DNA of 64,000 nucleotides, from NCBI GenBank assembly GCA_902613795.1, contig CACMIP010000002.1, forward strand, positions 145,466 to 209,465. The letters are read 5' to 3'. The DNA comes from an uncultured OCS116 cluster bacterium. GTDB lineage: Bacteria; Pseudomonadota; Alphaproteobacteria; Rhizobiales; TMED25. Both the position numbers and the translations under genes were made by a program. Under the pieces are notes generated by a model. The model searched no databases. It was given only the letters and a program-made list of their open reading frames with translations, and was not told where the DNA came from. Below, piece by piece: positions 9,590-20,716 of the stretch (position 1 is its first letter; each line of letters starts with the position of its first letter).

Positions 9590-9639
9590 AATTTTGGGTA
9601 TATCTTTTATGAAAATTTTTTTTAAAAAAGGCAATAAGA

Positions 9640-11400
9640 ATGGGTAAAAAAATTACAGGAGCAGAAATGGTAATTCAAACACTTCATGATCAGGGTGTTG
9701 AGTCAGTTTTTGGTTATCCCGGTGGTGCAGTGCTTCCAATTTATGACGCTATATTTCAGCAGGAAAATGTAAAGCATATTCTTGTACGTCATGAACAGGG
9801 TGCATCACATGCAGCAGAAGGTTATGCCCGTTCAACTGGTAATGTTGGTGTTCTCATCGTGACTTCGGGTCCAGGGGCTACAAATGCCGTAACTGGGCTT
9901 ACAGATGCTTTGCTGGACTCTATACCTATTGTTTGCATAAGTGGGCAGGTACCGACACATCTCATTGGTACTGATGCATTCCAAGAGGCCGATACTGTTG
10001 GTATTACAAGAGCATGCACTAAGCATAATTGGTTGGTTAAAGATATAAAAGATCTACCACGTATTATGCATGAGGCATTCTATATTGCAAGATCAGGTCG
10101 TCCTGGTCCGGTTTTGGTGGATATTCCGAAAGATATACAGTTCGCAGAGGGTGAATATGAGAATTTATCTAAAACGACTCATAAAACATACACGCCTCCA
10201 AGTACAATTGATAGTAAAGCTGTTTCGGCAGTTGTAGACCTTATGCAAAGGGCCAAGAGGCCAATTATATACTCAGGCGGGGGTATAATAAATTCAGGTC
10301 CTAAAGCATCAAAATTATTACAAAAATTTGTACAAAAAACTAATATGCCAATTACATCAACGTTAATGGGTCTTGGCGCTTATCCGGGTTCAGGAGACAA
10401 TTGGCTCGGTATGTTGGGTATGCATGGTACCTATGAAGCAAATATGGCGATGCATGATTGTGATTTAATGCTATGCATTGGTGCGAGATTCGATGACAGG
10501 ATTACAGGAAAAATTGATGAATTTTCCCCAAAATCAAAAAAAGTTCATGTAGATATAGACGCAACTTCAATAAATAAAAATGTTGAAGTAGACCTATCTA
10601 TTATTACTGACTGCGGTAAATTCCTTAATGAAGCACTCAAAATTATGGAAAGTAGAAATAATAAATTTCAATCCTTCGATTCATGGTGGAAGCAAATTGA
10701 CTCATGGAAAAAAGTGAATTGCCTTCAATATAAAGCAAATTCAGATGTAATCATGCCACAATATGCTATCCAAAGATTGTATGAATTAACAAAAAATAAA
10801 GATACATATATTACGACTGAAGTCGGACAACATCAAATGTGGGCAGCGCAATTTTATAAATTCGATAAACCAAACCGGTGGCTAACATCAGGGGGGTTGG
10901 GCACTATGGGTTATGGCTTCCCTGCTGCAAACGGTGTCCAGGTTGCTAAGCCCGATGCGCTGGTTATAGATATTGCTGGAGATGCATCAATACTAATGAA
11001 TATTCAGGAGCTTTCAACAGCTGTTCAATATCAACTTAACACAAAGATCTTTATTTTGAATAATAGCTACATGGGAATGGTCAGGCAATGGCAACAGTTA
11101 TTACACGGCAATCGAATTTCTGAGAGTTACTCTGACTCATTACCAGATTTTGTGAAGCTTGCAGAGGCTTACGGTGCAACTGGTATACGTGCGAAAAAGC
11201 CAGCTGAACTAGATGATGCAATTTTGGAGATGATCGATACGCCAGGACCTGTGATTTTTGACTGTGTTGTTGCAAATCTTGAAAATTGCTTCCCAATGAT
11301 TCCATCTGGCAAGGCTCATAATGATATGTTACTTGGTGATAATGTATCTGATGAAGAAGTAGCAAATGCTATAGATGATGATGGAAAAATAATGGTTTAA
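9640..11400 (+). CDS. ilvB: Acetolactate synthase (acetohydroxyacid synthase), large catalytic subunit
   Basis: 586 aa. TPP-enzyme N-terminal block GYPGGAVLPIYDA and the TPP-binding motif GGLGTMGYGFPAANG...GDASILMNIQEL...NN. It is followed by the small subunit. Confidence 0.95.
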   Translation: MGKKITGAEMVIQTLHDQGVESVFGYPGGAVLPIYDAIFQQENVKHILVRHEQGASHAAEGYARSTGNVGVLIVTSGPGATNAVTGLTDALLDSIPIVCISGQVPTHLIGTDAFQEADTVGITRACTKHNWLVKDIKDLPRIMHEAFYIARSGRPGPVLVDIPKDIQFAEGEYENLSKTTHKTYTPPSTIDSKAVSAVVDLMQRAKRPIIYSGGGIINSGPKASKLLQKFVQKTNMPITSTLMGLGAYPGSGDNWLGMLGMHGTYEANMAMHDCDLMLCIGARFDDRITGKIDEFSPKSKKVHVDIDATSINKNVEVDLSIITDCGKFLNEALKIMESRNNKFQSFDSWWKQIDSWKKVNCLQYKANSDVIMPQYAIQRLYELTKNKDTYITTEVGQHQMWAAQFYKFDKPNRWLTSGGLGTMGYGFPAANGVQVAKPDALVIDIAGDASILMNIQELSTAVQYQLNTKIFILNNSYMGMVRQWQQLLHGNRISESYSDSLPDFVKLAEAYGATGIRAKKPAELDDAILEMIDTPGPVIFDCVVANLENCFPMIPSGKAHNDMLLGDNVSDEEVANAIDDDGKIMV

Positions 11401-11415
11401 AAAATTAATTTATGA

Positions 11416-11982
11416 GTGAATGAAATGAACAAAAAAAATCCTGCTTCAACTTATGATATCATCTCAATAAATGAAGATGATGAAAGACATACATTATCTA
11501 TTATCGTTGACGACGAACCAGGTGTTTTAGCAAGAGTCATTGGGCTTTTTGCTGCGAGAGGATTTAATATTGACTCGCTCACTGTGTCTGAAACAGAAAG
11601 CAAACAGCAACTATCCAGAATTACACTTGTAACATCGGGATCGCCAAGTGTAATTGAAAAAATAAAAGTTCAAGTTGATAGGCTGGTTTCCGTTCATAGA
11701 GTGGCAGATCTTACAGCTGATTATGGTCAGTATGGAGCTCTTGAGAGAGAGCTGGCGTTAATAAAAGTAAAAGGTACAGGCAACAAAAGGCTTGAGGCAT
11801 TAAGATTGGCCGAAGCATTTGATGCTCAAACTGTTGATGCGAGCCTCGATAGTTTTGTTTTTCAAATAACAGGACGAACCCGTGAAATTGATAGATTTAT
11901 TAATTTAATGGCGAGTGTAGGGCTTACAGAAGTATCAAGAACTGGCGTGGCTGCGCTAAAAAGAGGTGCTGGTAGCACATAA
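11416..11982 (+). CDS. ilvN: Acetolactate synthase small (regulatory) subunit
   Basis: 188 aa. ACT domain HTLSIIVDDEPGVLARVIGLFAARGFNIDSLTV. The start is either GTG 11416 or the in-frame ATG 11425. Confidence 0.93.
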   Translation: MNEMNKKNPASTYDIISINEDDERHTLSIIVDDEPGVLARVIGLFAARGFNIDSLTVSETESKQQLSRITLVTSGSPSVIEKIKVQVDRLVSVHRVADLTADYGQYGALERELALIKVKGTGNKRLEALRLAEAFDAQTVDASLDSFVFQITGRTREIDRFINLMASVGLTEVSRTGVAALKRGAGST

Positions 11983-12023
11983 TGCCATGAATGAATTTAG
12001 ATTTTAATACATTAACAATATAG

Positions 12024-13058
<1,035 letters not shown>

Positions 13059-13064
13059 GGGTAG

Positions 13065-14594
13065 ATGAGCTCCGAAGATAACCATATAAGAATATTTGAT
13101 ACAACTCTACGTGATGGTGAACAATCACCAGGCGCGACAATGACACTTGATGAGAAAATTCAGGTTGCGGAATTATTAGATGATATGGGTGTTGATATAA
13201 TCGAAGCTGGATTCCCCATTGCCTCAAACGGTGATTTTGAAGCTGTATCAAAAATTGCTGAAAGATCACAAAATTCAATTATCGCAGGACTTGCGAGGGC
13301 GATCCCTGAGGATATTGACAGAGCGGGTGAAGCAGTAAAAAAAGCAAAAAGAGGTAGAATTCATACGTTTGTCTCCACATCTCCGATACATCTTGAACAC
13401 CAAATGAAAAAGAACGAAGAAGAAGTTCTAGAAATCATAAAAAAAACAGTCACCTTGGCAAGAAGCCATGTGGAGGACGTCGAATGGTCAGGAATGGACG
13501 CAACAAGAACATCTATCGATTTTTTGTGTAAATGTTGTGAGGTAGCAATAAAGAATGGTGCAACTACTATCAACATACCGGATACGGTCGGATATGCCAT
13601 CCCTCATGAGTTCAATAATTTGATAAAAACATTACGGGAAAAAGTACCAGGCGCGGATGAAGTTATTTTTTCTACACACTGCCACAATGACCTTGGTCTT
13701 GCTGTGGCCAATTCTCTAGCAGGTGTCGACGCGGGCGCGAGACAGATTGAATGCACAATAAATGGACTCGGAGAAAGGGCAGGAAATGCAGCACTAGAAG
13801 AGGTTGTTATGGCGATTAATACTCGTTCTGACGCACTACCTTATACAACAAAAATTGACACAACAAAAATACTACGAGCATCAAAGCTCGTATCTGCTAT
13901 AACGTCTTTTCCAGTCCAGTATAACAAAGCTATTGTTGGAAAAAATGCTTTTGCGCATGAGTCAGGTATTCACCAAGATGGGATGCTGAAGAATAGCCAG
14001 ACATACGAGATAATGAACCCTGAAGCGATTGGTCTTAAGGAGTCATCAATAGTAATGGGAAAACACTCTGGAAGGCATGCTTTTAGAGAAAAATTAGCTG
14101 ATCTTGGATATAAACTTGGTGATAATGCATTTCAAGATGCTTTTGAAAGATTTAAAACACTCGCTGATAAAAAGAAGAATATTTACGATGAGGATATTAT
14201 GGCTCTCGTCGATGATGAAATTTCAAGTACAAGCGAGAGGCTAAAATTTAAATCACTCATCGTAAATGCTGGAACGCAAGGACCACAAAGTGCACAGCTT
14301 GAGATGGAAGTTGATGGTGAAATCATGAAAAATAAATCAACGGGCGATGGGCCTGTAGATGCAATATTTAATTGTATAAAATCCATATTTCCTCATGAGG
14401 CATCCCTACCATTATACCAAGTACAAGCAGTAACAGAGGGAACGGATGCTCAGGCCGAAGTTAGTGTTAGACTGGAAGATGCGGGTATATCTTTCACTGG
14501 TAGAGGAGCAGACACTGACACACTAGTAGCCTCGGCAAGAGCATATATTAGTGCACTGAATAGGTTACTTATCGCAAAAGAGCGATCAAATTAA
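13065..14594 (+). CDS. leuA: 2-isopropylmalate synthase
   Basis: 509 aa. Contains [14 protein letters not shown] and [16 protein letters not shown], with a C-terminal LeuA dimerisation/regulatory region. Confidence 0.95.
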   Translation: MSSEDNHIRIFDTTLRDGEQSPGATMTLDEKIQVAELLDDMGVDIIEAGFPIASNGDFEAVSKIAERSQNSIIAGLARAIPEDIDRAGEAVKKAKRGRIHTFVSTSPIHLEHQMKKNEEEVLEIIKKTVTLARSHVEDVEWSGMDATRTSIDFLCKCCEVAIKNGATTINIPDTVGYAIPHEFNNLIKTLREKVPGADEVIFSTHCHNDLGLAVANSLAGVDAGARQIECTINGLGERAGNAALEEVVMAINTRSDALPYTTKIDTTKILRASKLVSAITSFPVQYNKAIVGKNAFAHESGIHQDGMLKNSQTYEIMNPEAIGLKESSIVMGKHSGRHAFREKLADLGYKLGDNAFQDAFERFKTLADKKKNIYDEDIMALVDDEISSTSERLKFKSLIVNAGTQGPQSAQLEMEVDGEIMKNKSTGDGPVDAIFNCIKSIFPHEASLPLYQVQAVTEGTDAQAEVSVRLEDAGISFTGRGADTDTLVASARAYISALNRLLIAKERSN

Positions 14595-14601
14595 TCAAAT
14601 T

Positions 14602-14677
<76 letters not shown>

Positions 14678-14679
14678 GC

Positions 14680-14895
14680 TTAGTAACAAATAATATTTGT
14701 ATATCTTGATATTGGTTCAATAAGAGTTCTATCGATTTTCACATCCATTAATGGGTACTTGATTTTATTGATTGTACTCTCATTAACCTGTTCGTTTTGA
14801 GCAATAAAATAGTCTATAAAATTTGATAGATCATAGCCTAATCCAGAATTATAGCAATATTCAACCATATCTCTGATGATAATAGTATTTTTCAT
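14680..14895 (-). CDS. Hypothetical small protein
   Basis: 71-aa ORF with GGAG 9 nt upstream of its ATG. I recognise no family. Its stop lies 3 nt from the tRNA-Lys 3' end. Confidence 0.4.
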   Translation of the reverse strand: MKNTIIIRDMVEYCYNSGLGYDLSNFIDYFIAQNEQVNESTINKIKYPLMDVKIDRTLIEPISRYTNIICY

Positions 14896-15103
14896 TTTGG
14901 TATCTCCCCAATATAAGAATCATGGTTAAATTATTAAAATATACTATTACAATTTTATGACATGGTTTTTTTATCAAAAATAAAATCAAAATTCCAAAAA
15001 AATTATATTCACTTTTCCACGCGCTTTAATTTATTGAAATTTGCTCTATTTTAATATTTAATGAAGGGTAATGAAATATTAACTATTTTAGAGGGAGAAC
15101 AAA

Positions 15104-16312
15104 ATGTTAAGAATTTTTATGTTTGCTCTAGCTCTTGCCACTTTTGGCTTTGGTACTGCTCAAGCTAATGAAATAAAAGTTGGTATGATAATGAGTTTCA
15201 CAGGCCCCTTAGAGTCGCTTGTTCCACCTATGGTGGATGGAGCTGAACTTGCTTTTAATGAAGCTAATGCTTCAGGGGAGCTTCTAGATGGATCAACAAT
15301 TACTCTAGTTAAGGGTGATGCTACGTGTATTGACTCAGCTGCTGCAGTAACAGCAGCGGAACAAGCAGTTGCAGAGGGTGTTGTTGCTATATTCGGAGCT
15401 GATTGCTCAGGTGTTACAAAAGCTATAACACAAAATGTTAGTATGCCAAATGGTATTCCAAATATATCACCAGCAGCAACTTCACCATCTTTAACAACTG
15501 AACCAGACAATGGTTTATTCTACAGAACTGCCCCATCAGACGCGAGAGGCGGGGAAGTATTAGCAGCAATTACTGCAGATAAAGGTGTAAAGAGTGTTGC
15601 CATTACTTATATCAATAATGATTATGGCGTTGGTCTAGCAGATGTTTTTGAAGCATCAGTTAAAGCAGCCGGAATTGAAGTAACTGCGAAAATAGCCCAT
15701 GAAGGTGATAAAGCTGATTACAGCGCAGAAGTTGGTGTTTTATCTGCTGCAGGTGGCGATGCACTAGCAGTACTTGGTTATATTGATCAAGGTGGTAATA
15801 ATATTATTCGTGGTTCTTTAGACGCTGGTTCATTTGATCAGTTTGCTCTTGGCGATGGTATGATCGGTACTTCTCTTGAAGATGCTTTTGGTGACGAACT
15901 AAATGGTTCATGGGGCTCAACTCCTGGATCTCTCGGTGCGTCATTCCAAAAATTCCAAGCATATGCATCTGCTAATGACGTAGATCCTAATAGTGTTTAT
16001 GCAGGTGAGTCATATGACGCTGCTGCTCTTCTAATTCTAGCCATGCAAGCGGGAGATTGTGATATCAGCGGTTGTAATGGATCAACTGATGGCAGAAGTA
16101 TTGCAGATAGTATCCAAAAAATTGCTAACGGGTCTGGACCTAAAATCTATGCAGGGGAACTTGCTAAGGGTTTGAGATTACTTAAAGCTGGTAATTCAAT
16201 TAACTATGAAGGTGCTTCAGACGTTAATTTCACTGAAGTTGGTGAAGCTTTCGGTCAGTTCCTAGAAAAAGGTTATATTGACGGTAAATTCGTTAATGTA
16301 GGTGCTAGATAG
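15104..16312 (+). CDS. ABC transporter substrate-binding protein, Leu/Ile/Val-binding (LivK/LivJ, type I PBP) family
   Basis: 402 aa. Signal peptide MLRIFMFALALATFGFGTAQA, then IKVGMIMSFTGPL...AELAFNEAN typical of the Liv-type PBP fold. Has a strong SD (AGAGGGAG). Confidence 0.85.
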   Translation: MLRIFMFALALATFGFGTAQANEIKVGMIMSFTGPLESLVPPMVDGAELAFNEANASGELLDGSTITLVKGDATCIDSAAAVTAAEQAVAEGVVAIFGADCSGVTKAITQNVSMPNGIPNISPAATSPSLTTEPDNGLFYRTAPSDARGGEVLAAITADKGVKSVAITYINNDYGVGLADVFEASVKAAGIEVTAKIAHEGDKADYSAEVGVLSAAGGDALAVLGYIDQGGNNIIRGSLDAGSFDQFALGDGMIGTSLEDAFGDELNGSWGSTPGSLGASFQKFQAYASANDVDPNSVYAGESYDAAALLILAMQAGDCDISGCNGSTDGRSIADSIQKIANGSGPKIYAGELAKGLRLLKAGNSINYEGASDVNFTEVGEAFGQFLEKGYIDGKFVNVGAR

Positions 16313-16322
16313 CTTAGTTTAT

Positions 16323-16350
16323 ATCACCCCGCATAGTAATGTGGGGTGAT
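16323..16350. terminator. Hairpin between convergent genes (bidirectional terminator candidate)
   Basis: ATCACCCC (16323-16330) pairs with GGGGTGAT (16343-16350) around a 12-nt central part. It sits between the binding-protein stop and the livM-like stop. Confidence 0.5.
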
Positions 16351-16353
16351 AAT

Positions 16354-17721
16354 CTAATTGTTAATAATCTTCTCAGGTAATAAACCTTTAGGTCTGTATC
16401 TCATTACTACTAATAAACCCAGACCCATCATTAAATATCTAAAATAAGGGATACTATCAATTAAATGAATCTTTAATTGATTTGTATTATCTACTTCGCT
16501 CATTAAGGCATTTATCACAAACAATGCGAATGGTGCTGATTCAATCCAAATAAACCAGACAACGAAAGCTCCAAGAATTGCCCCATAATTATTTCCTGTT
16601 CCGCCAAGCAGAACCATAACCCAAATTATGAACGTATATCTCAATGGTTGATAACTTGCTGGTGTAAATAGCCCGTCATATGTAACTAACATTGCACCAG
16701 AAAAACCTATGATGGCAGAGCCGATCATAAATATATGCAAGTGTCTTTTTACAACATTCTTACCCATAGCTTTTGCTGCATCCTCGTTATCTCGTATAGC
16801 TCTCATCATCCTACCCCATGGTGATCTCAAGGCTTTTTCTGAAAATACTAATATGGTAATCAAAACAATTAAGAAAATTACGCTAAAACACAGTTTTACA
16901 AAAATACTTGATGAAGTCATCACGAGTTCATTAAGTAAAATAATCTTTTCATCTAAATCGGAAGCCTTTGATAATCTTCCCTTGAATAAAAACCCAATAA
17001 AATTTACGAACCAATCTGAATTTTGCAAATCTACTTCAAAAGGTACTGGTCTCTTGAGTCCAGTAACATTTTTAACCCCTCTAGTTAGCCATTCTTCGTG
17101 TTTAACATATGACACAATAATCCCTGAGATTAATAGTGTAGCAATTGCAAGATAATCAGATCGTAAATCTAGACAAACTTTACCTATGATAAAGGCTACC
17201 AAAGCCGCAAAGATAGCCCCAACAAACCAAGAGAGAATTATAGGCATATCAAAACCACCCAAAAAACCACTAGTGGCAGCATCAATAGACTCGATTGCTG
17301 AAATTGATGGGCCTGCAGCTAATTTCATCATTGGTATTACTGAGATTACCAAAAGGAATAATAAATAGTTTTTGTATTTCGATTGAAATTTTCGATGTAC
17401 ATAAAAAATGCTTGCAATTAATACAAACAAAATGAGGCCAGATAATATTACACCAAATCCACCTGCTGCCCAAGCTTCGTTCACTGGTGGTACTGATACG
17501 ACTATGGTAGCAAGGCCACCGATAGCTAGAAAACCCATGACCCCAAAATTAATTAGCCCCGAGTATCCCCATTGTATATTAACACCCATCGACATTACTG
17601 CAGAAATTAAGCAAAGATTGAGAATTGCCAGAGCAACTCCCCAAGATTGTACAAAACCAACCATAATAAGCAGTAGGGCCATGACTCCAAAGGCAAGTTT
17701 TATATCAAGATTATTTCTCAA
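16354..17721 (-). CDS. livM: Branched-chain amino acid ABC transporter permease (LivM family)
   Basis: 455 aa polytopic membrane protein. It is last in the ATPase-ATPase-permease-permease operon and overlaps the livH-like gene by 4 nt. Confidence 0.82.
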   Translation of the reverse strand: MRNNLDIKLAFGVMALLLIMVGFVQSWGVALAILNLCLISAVMSMGVNIQWGYSGLINFGVMGFLAIGGLATIVVSVPPVNEAWAAGGFGVILSGLILFVLIASIFYVHRKFQSKYKNYLLFLLVISVIPMMKLAAGPSISAIESIDAATSGFLGGFDMPIILSWFVGAIFAALVAFIIGKVCLDLRSDYLAIATLLISGIIVSYVKHEEWLTRGVKNVTGLKRPVPFEVDLQNSDWFVNFIGFLFKGRLSKASDLDEKIILLNELVMTSSSIFVKLCFSVIFLIVLITILVFSEKALRSPWGRMMRAIRDNEDAAKAMGKNVVKRHLHIFMIGSAIIGFSGAMLVTYDGLFTPASYQPLRYTFIIWVMVLLGGTGNNYGAILGAFVVWFIWIESAPFALFVINALMSEVDNTNQLKIHLIDSIPYFRYLMMGLGLLVVMRYRPKGLLPEKIINN

Positions 17722-18728
17722 ATAACTTTCCCCTTAAAAATTCCGTTTGGTCTATATATCAGAACTACTATGAGTATCGCAAACGATATCGCAAATTTGT
17801 AGTCTGTTGATATGTATTGTACCAAGCTGCTTGGTTCTAATTGCTCTGGTAGAAGATATACTAGAAATTTCTTATATGCGTATGTAAGTCCTATCTCTGT
17901 GAAAGCAATAACAAAACCTCCATAGAATGCGCCAAGAGGGTTTCCGATCCCACCCACAATAGTTGCAGCAAAAATAGGTAATAAATTATTCCAATAGGCA
18001 AATGGTTTAAAGCTCTTATCTAAACCGTAAAGGGTCCCTGCAATGGTGGCAAGTATAGAAACAATAACCCATGTGTATATTACTATTTTTGTGGGGTCTA
18101 TTCCTGATAATAGTGCTAAATCTTCATTATCTGAATAAGCTCTCATTGATTTACCGGTTTTAGTTTTATTGAGAAAATAAAATAGGATTGAACATGTTAT
18201 AATTGTTGTGATGACAGTAATTAATTGAGTAGATTTGAGTGCTATACCCTCATTTAGCCCAGTCATTTTCTTAAATTCACTGGCCTTCATTATAAATCTT
18301 GCTCCATCCATAAATATTACATCGCCAGGCCCAATTACAATTCTTACTATCGCATTCAAAATAAACATAACTCCAATACTCACCACAATAAGTATTACAG
18401 GCTCACTCTTCATATCTCGGTAATATTTAAATACTGTCTTATCAAAAAATAAACTTAATATGACTGTTGCGATTATTCCCATAGGCAATGCCAGCAATGC
18501 AGTAGGTAAAAAACCAAAAGTAATACCTAATGATTGTAAATACCCCGTAGATAGGATTACTATCATTGTCCCAAAAGCCATTAAGTCGCCGTAGGCAAAA
18601 TTAGCAAACCTAAGGACGCCGTATATAAGAGTAACACCGATGGCTCCTAATGCAAGTTGTGACCCATATGTTAATCCTGGTACGATTATATAGTTCCCTA
18701 AGAGTATGATTGCGTTTAAAAAATCCAT
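17718..18728 (-). CDS. livH: Branched-chain amino acid ABC transporter permease (LivH family)
   Basis: 336 aa polytopic membrane protein with the LivH-like start MDFLNAIILLGNYIIVPGLTYGSQLALGAIG. Confidence 0.82.
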   Translation of the reverse strand: MDFLNAIILLGNYIIVPGLTYGSQLALGAIGVTLIYGVLRFANFAYGDLMAFGTMIVILSTGYLQSLGITFGFLPTALLALPMGIIATVILSLFFDKTVFKYYRDMKSEPVILIVVSIGVMFILNAIVRIVIGPGDVIFMDGARFIMKASEFKKMTGLNEGIALKSTQLITVITTIITCSILFYFLNKTKTGKSMRAYSDNEDLALLSGIDPTKIVIYTWVIVSILATIAGTLYGLDKSFKPFAYWNNLLPIFAATIVGGIGNPLGAFYGGFVIAFTEIGLTYAYKKFLVYLLPEQLEPSSLVQYISTDYKFAISFAILIVVLIYRPNGIFKGKVI

Positions 18729-19433
18729 TTAACCACCCAAAAAAGACTTTCTAATTTCATTATCGTTTATAAGATAGTCCCCACTACCTTCATAAGCATT
18801 TCTACCAGTAACAAGGATATAGCCTCGATCTGATATGCCCAATGCCTGTCTAGCATTTTGTTCGACCATAAGTACTGCTATATTTTGTTTTTTAATATTT
18901 AAAATATGTTCAAATATTTCATCCATCACGACTGGAGATACTCCAGCAGTCGGTTCATCTAGCATTAAAACTTTAGGATTAGTCATTAGAGCTCTTGCAA
19001 GTGCAACTTGCTGACGTTGACCGCCGGAGAGCTCTCCTGCTAACTGATCTTGCTTTTCGTTTATAATAGGGAACAAGTCGTACATTTCTGAAATACGACT
19101 GCTGATATCACCATCATTTAAGAATGCCCCCATCTCTAGGTTCTCTTTTACAGTTAATTCAGTAAAAATATTATTCGTTTGAGGGACAAATGAAATTCCT
19201 GCCTTTATTCGATCTTGCGTTTTTAGTCTTGTAATATCTTGTCCATCAAGCATCACTTCACCATACTTTAAATCAAGTATTCCGAGCATGGCTTTCATTG
19301 CAGTGGATTTTCCTGCGCCATTTGGTCCTAATATTGATACAATCTCACCCTGATTAACTTCAAAGCAACATCCTTCTATGATATTGACACCACCGTAACC
19401 CCCTGTTAGATTTTTCGCAGAAAAATACATCAT
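18729..19433 (-). CDS. livF: Branched-chain amino acid ABC transporter ATP-binding protein (LivF family)
   Basis: 234 aa. Walker A GPNGAGKST, signature LSGGQRQQVALARAL, Walker B LMLDEP. Confidence 0.9.
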   Translation of the reverse strand: MMYFSAKNLTGGYGGVNIIEGCCFEVNQGEIVSILGPNGAGKSTAMKAMLGILDLKYGEVMLDGQDITRLKTQDRIKAGISFVPQTNNIFTELTVKENLEMGAFLNDGDISSRISEMYDLFPIINEKQDQLAGELSGGQRQQVALARALMTNPKVLMLDEPTAGVSPVVMDEIFEHILNIKKQNIAVLMVEQNARQALGISDRGYILVTGRNAYEGSGDYLINDNEIRKSFLGG

Positions 19434-20206
19434 TTTTTTGCACCCCTGCCTAAGTATGACTCAATAACTTCATCATTACTCTTGATTTCACGTGATGTTC
19501 CTTTAAATAGTACAGATCCTTCTGCTAATACAATTATAGGATCGCACAGTCTACTAATTAGTTCAAAGTCGTGCTCTATCATGCAGAATGTATAGCCTTT
19601 TTCTTTGTTTAACCTCTCAATTGAGTCTGCAATATCTTTCAAAAGTGTTTTGTGAACACCCGCCCCAACCTCATCAAGAAACACTATCTTCGCATCTACC
19701 ATCATTGTTCGTGCTAATTCTAATAATTTTTTTTGTCCCCCAGACAAGTTCCCAGCTAATTCATTTCTCAAGTGATCAATTTTAAGAAACTCTAAGACTT
19801 CATTCGCTTTTTGTTTGATTACTTCGTCTTCTTCCTGAATCCTCCTTCTGTTGACTAATGAGTAGAGCAGATTTTCACCTGCTTGTTTACCGGGCACCAC
19901 CATGAGATTTTCTATAACTGTCATATTTGTAAATTCGTGTGCAATTTGAAATGTTCGAAGCATACCCAGTTCAAAAAGTTGATAGGGCTCCAAACCAGTT
20001 ATATTTTGACCATGATAGAAAACTGCCCCTGACTCAGGTTTTAGTTGACCAGTAATAACATTGAAAAGTGTGCTCTTGCCTGATCCGTTTGGGCCTATAA
20101 TTCCTGTAATTGAACCTTTCTTTATATCAATTGTGCAATCATTTAATGCTACAAGGCCACCAAACCTTTTTACTATGTTTTGAACATTAAGAATAGTTTC
20201 GCTCAT
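19430..20206 (-). CDS. livG: Branched-chain amino acid ABC transporter ATP-binding protein (LivG family)
   Basis: 258 aa. Walker A GPNGSGKST, signature LSGGQKKLLELART, Walker B VFLDEV. It overlaps livF by 4 nt. Confidence 0.9.
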   Translation of the reverse strand: MSETILNVQNIVKRFGGLVALNDCTIDIKKGSITGIIGPNGSGKSTLFNVITGQLKPESGAVFYHGQNITGLEPYQLFELGMLRTFQIAHEFTNMTVIENLMVVPGKQAGENLLYSLVNRRRIQEEDEVIKQKANEVLEFLKIDHLRNELAGNLSGGQKKLLELARTMMVDAKIVFLDEVGAGVHKTLLKDIADSIERLNKEKGYTFCMIEHDFELISRLCDPIIVLAEGSVLFKGTSREIKSNDEVIESYLGRGAKK

Positions 20207-20332
20207 AATTTGGGACCCAAAAAATAATTGATTATTGTTTTATTTTTTAACGGTTATATTAGCATAGTTACAAATTGGTTGTATTCTAAAACTTTATGCA
20301 ATTTAAAGATACCTGTTGTGTTGTTTTTGCTA

Positions 20333-20716
20333 TTAAAATGTTACTGCTTTAAATACCAAGAGGTAAAAATCAATTTTATTAAACACCTCTAAAGCATCGA
20401 TGTTAAGCGATATGAGGTATAAATATATAAAAAAACTTAAAATTGCTGTAGGGATTTGCTTTGAATATTGAGTATTTTTTTTATAACTAAGAAAGTAATT
20501 ATTAATTGTAATTAGCCTCAAAATTATAATAATAAGTGCTGCGAAACACTTAAAAGTGCAATAGATCAATGAAAGTGTTATTACAATTATTATTGCATAT
20601 CTAAACTGCTTATTGCTAATATCAACTAGGTGATTTGTTACTGTATAATACAGCGCATAAACTGTGATTACATCACGAATAAAATATAAAATTTGTTTTT
20701 TTTGGAGCATTGGCAT
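20333..20716 (-). CDS. Hypothetical multi-pass membrane protein
   Basis: 127 aa with about four hydrophobic segments. Its start overlaps the stop of the upstream DUF4174 gene by 1 nt. I recognise no family. Confidence 0.45.
   Translation of the reverse strand: MPMLQKKQILYFIRDVITVYALYYTVTNHLVDISNKQFRYAIIIVITLSLIYCTFKCFAALIIIILRLITINNYFLSYKKNTQYSKQIPTAILSFFIYLYLISLNIDALEVFNKIDFYLLVFKAVTF

Noticed and set aside
15062-15170. Small out-of-frame ORF (MKGNEILTILEGEQNV...) overlapping the start of the Liv-type binding-protein gene
   Set aside because: It has no SD and overlaps the strong SD and ATG of the real gene. It is most likely a chance ORF.
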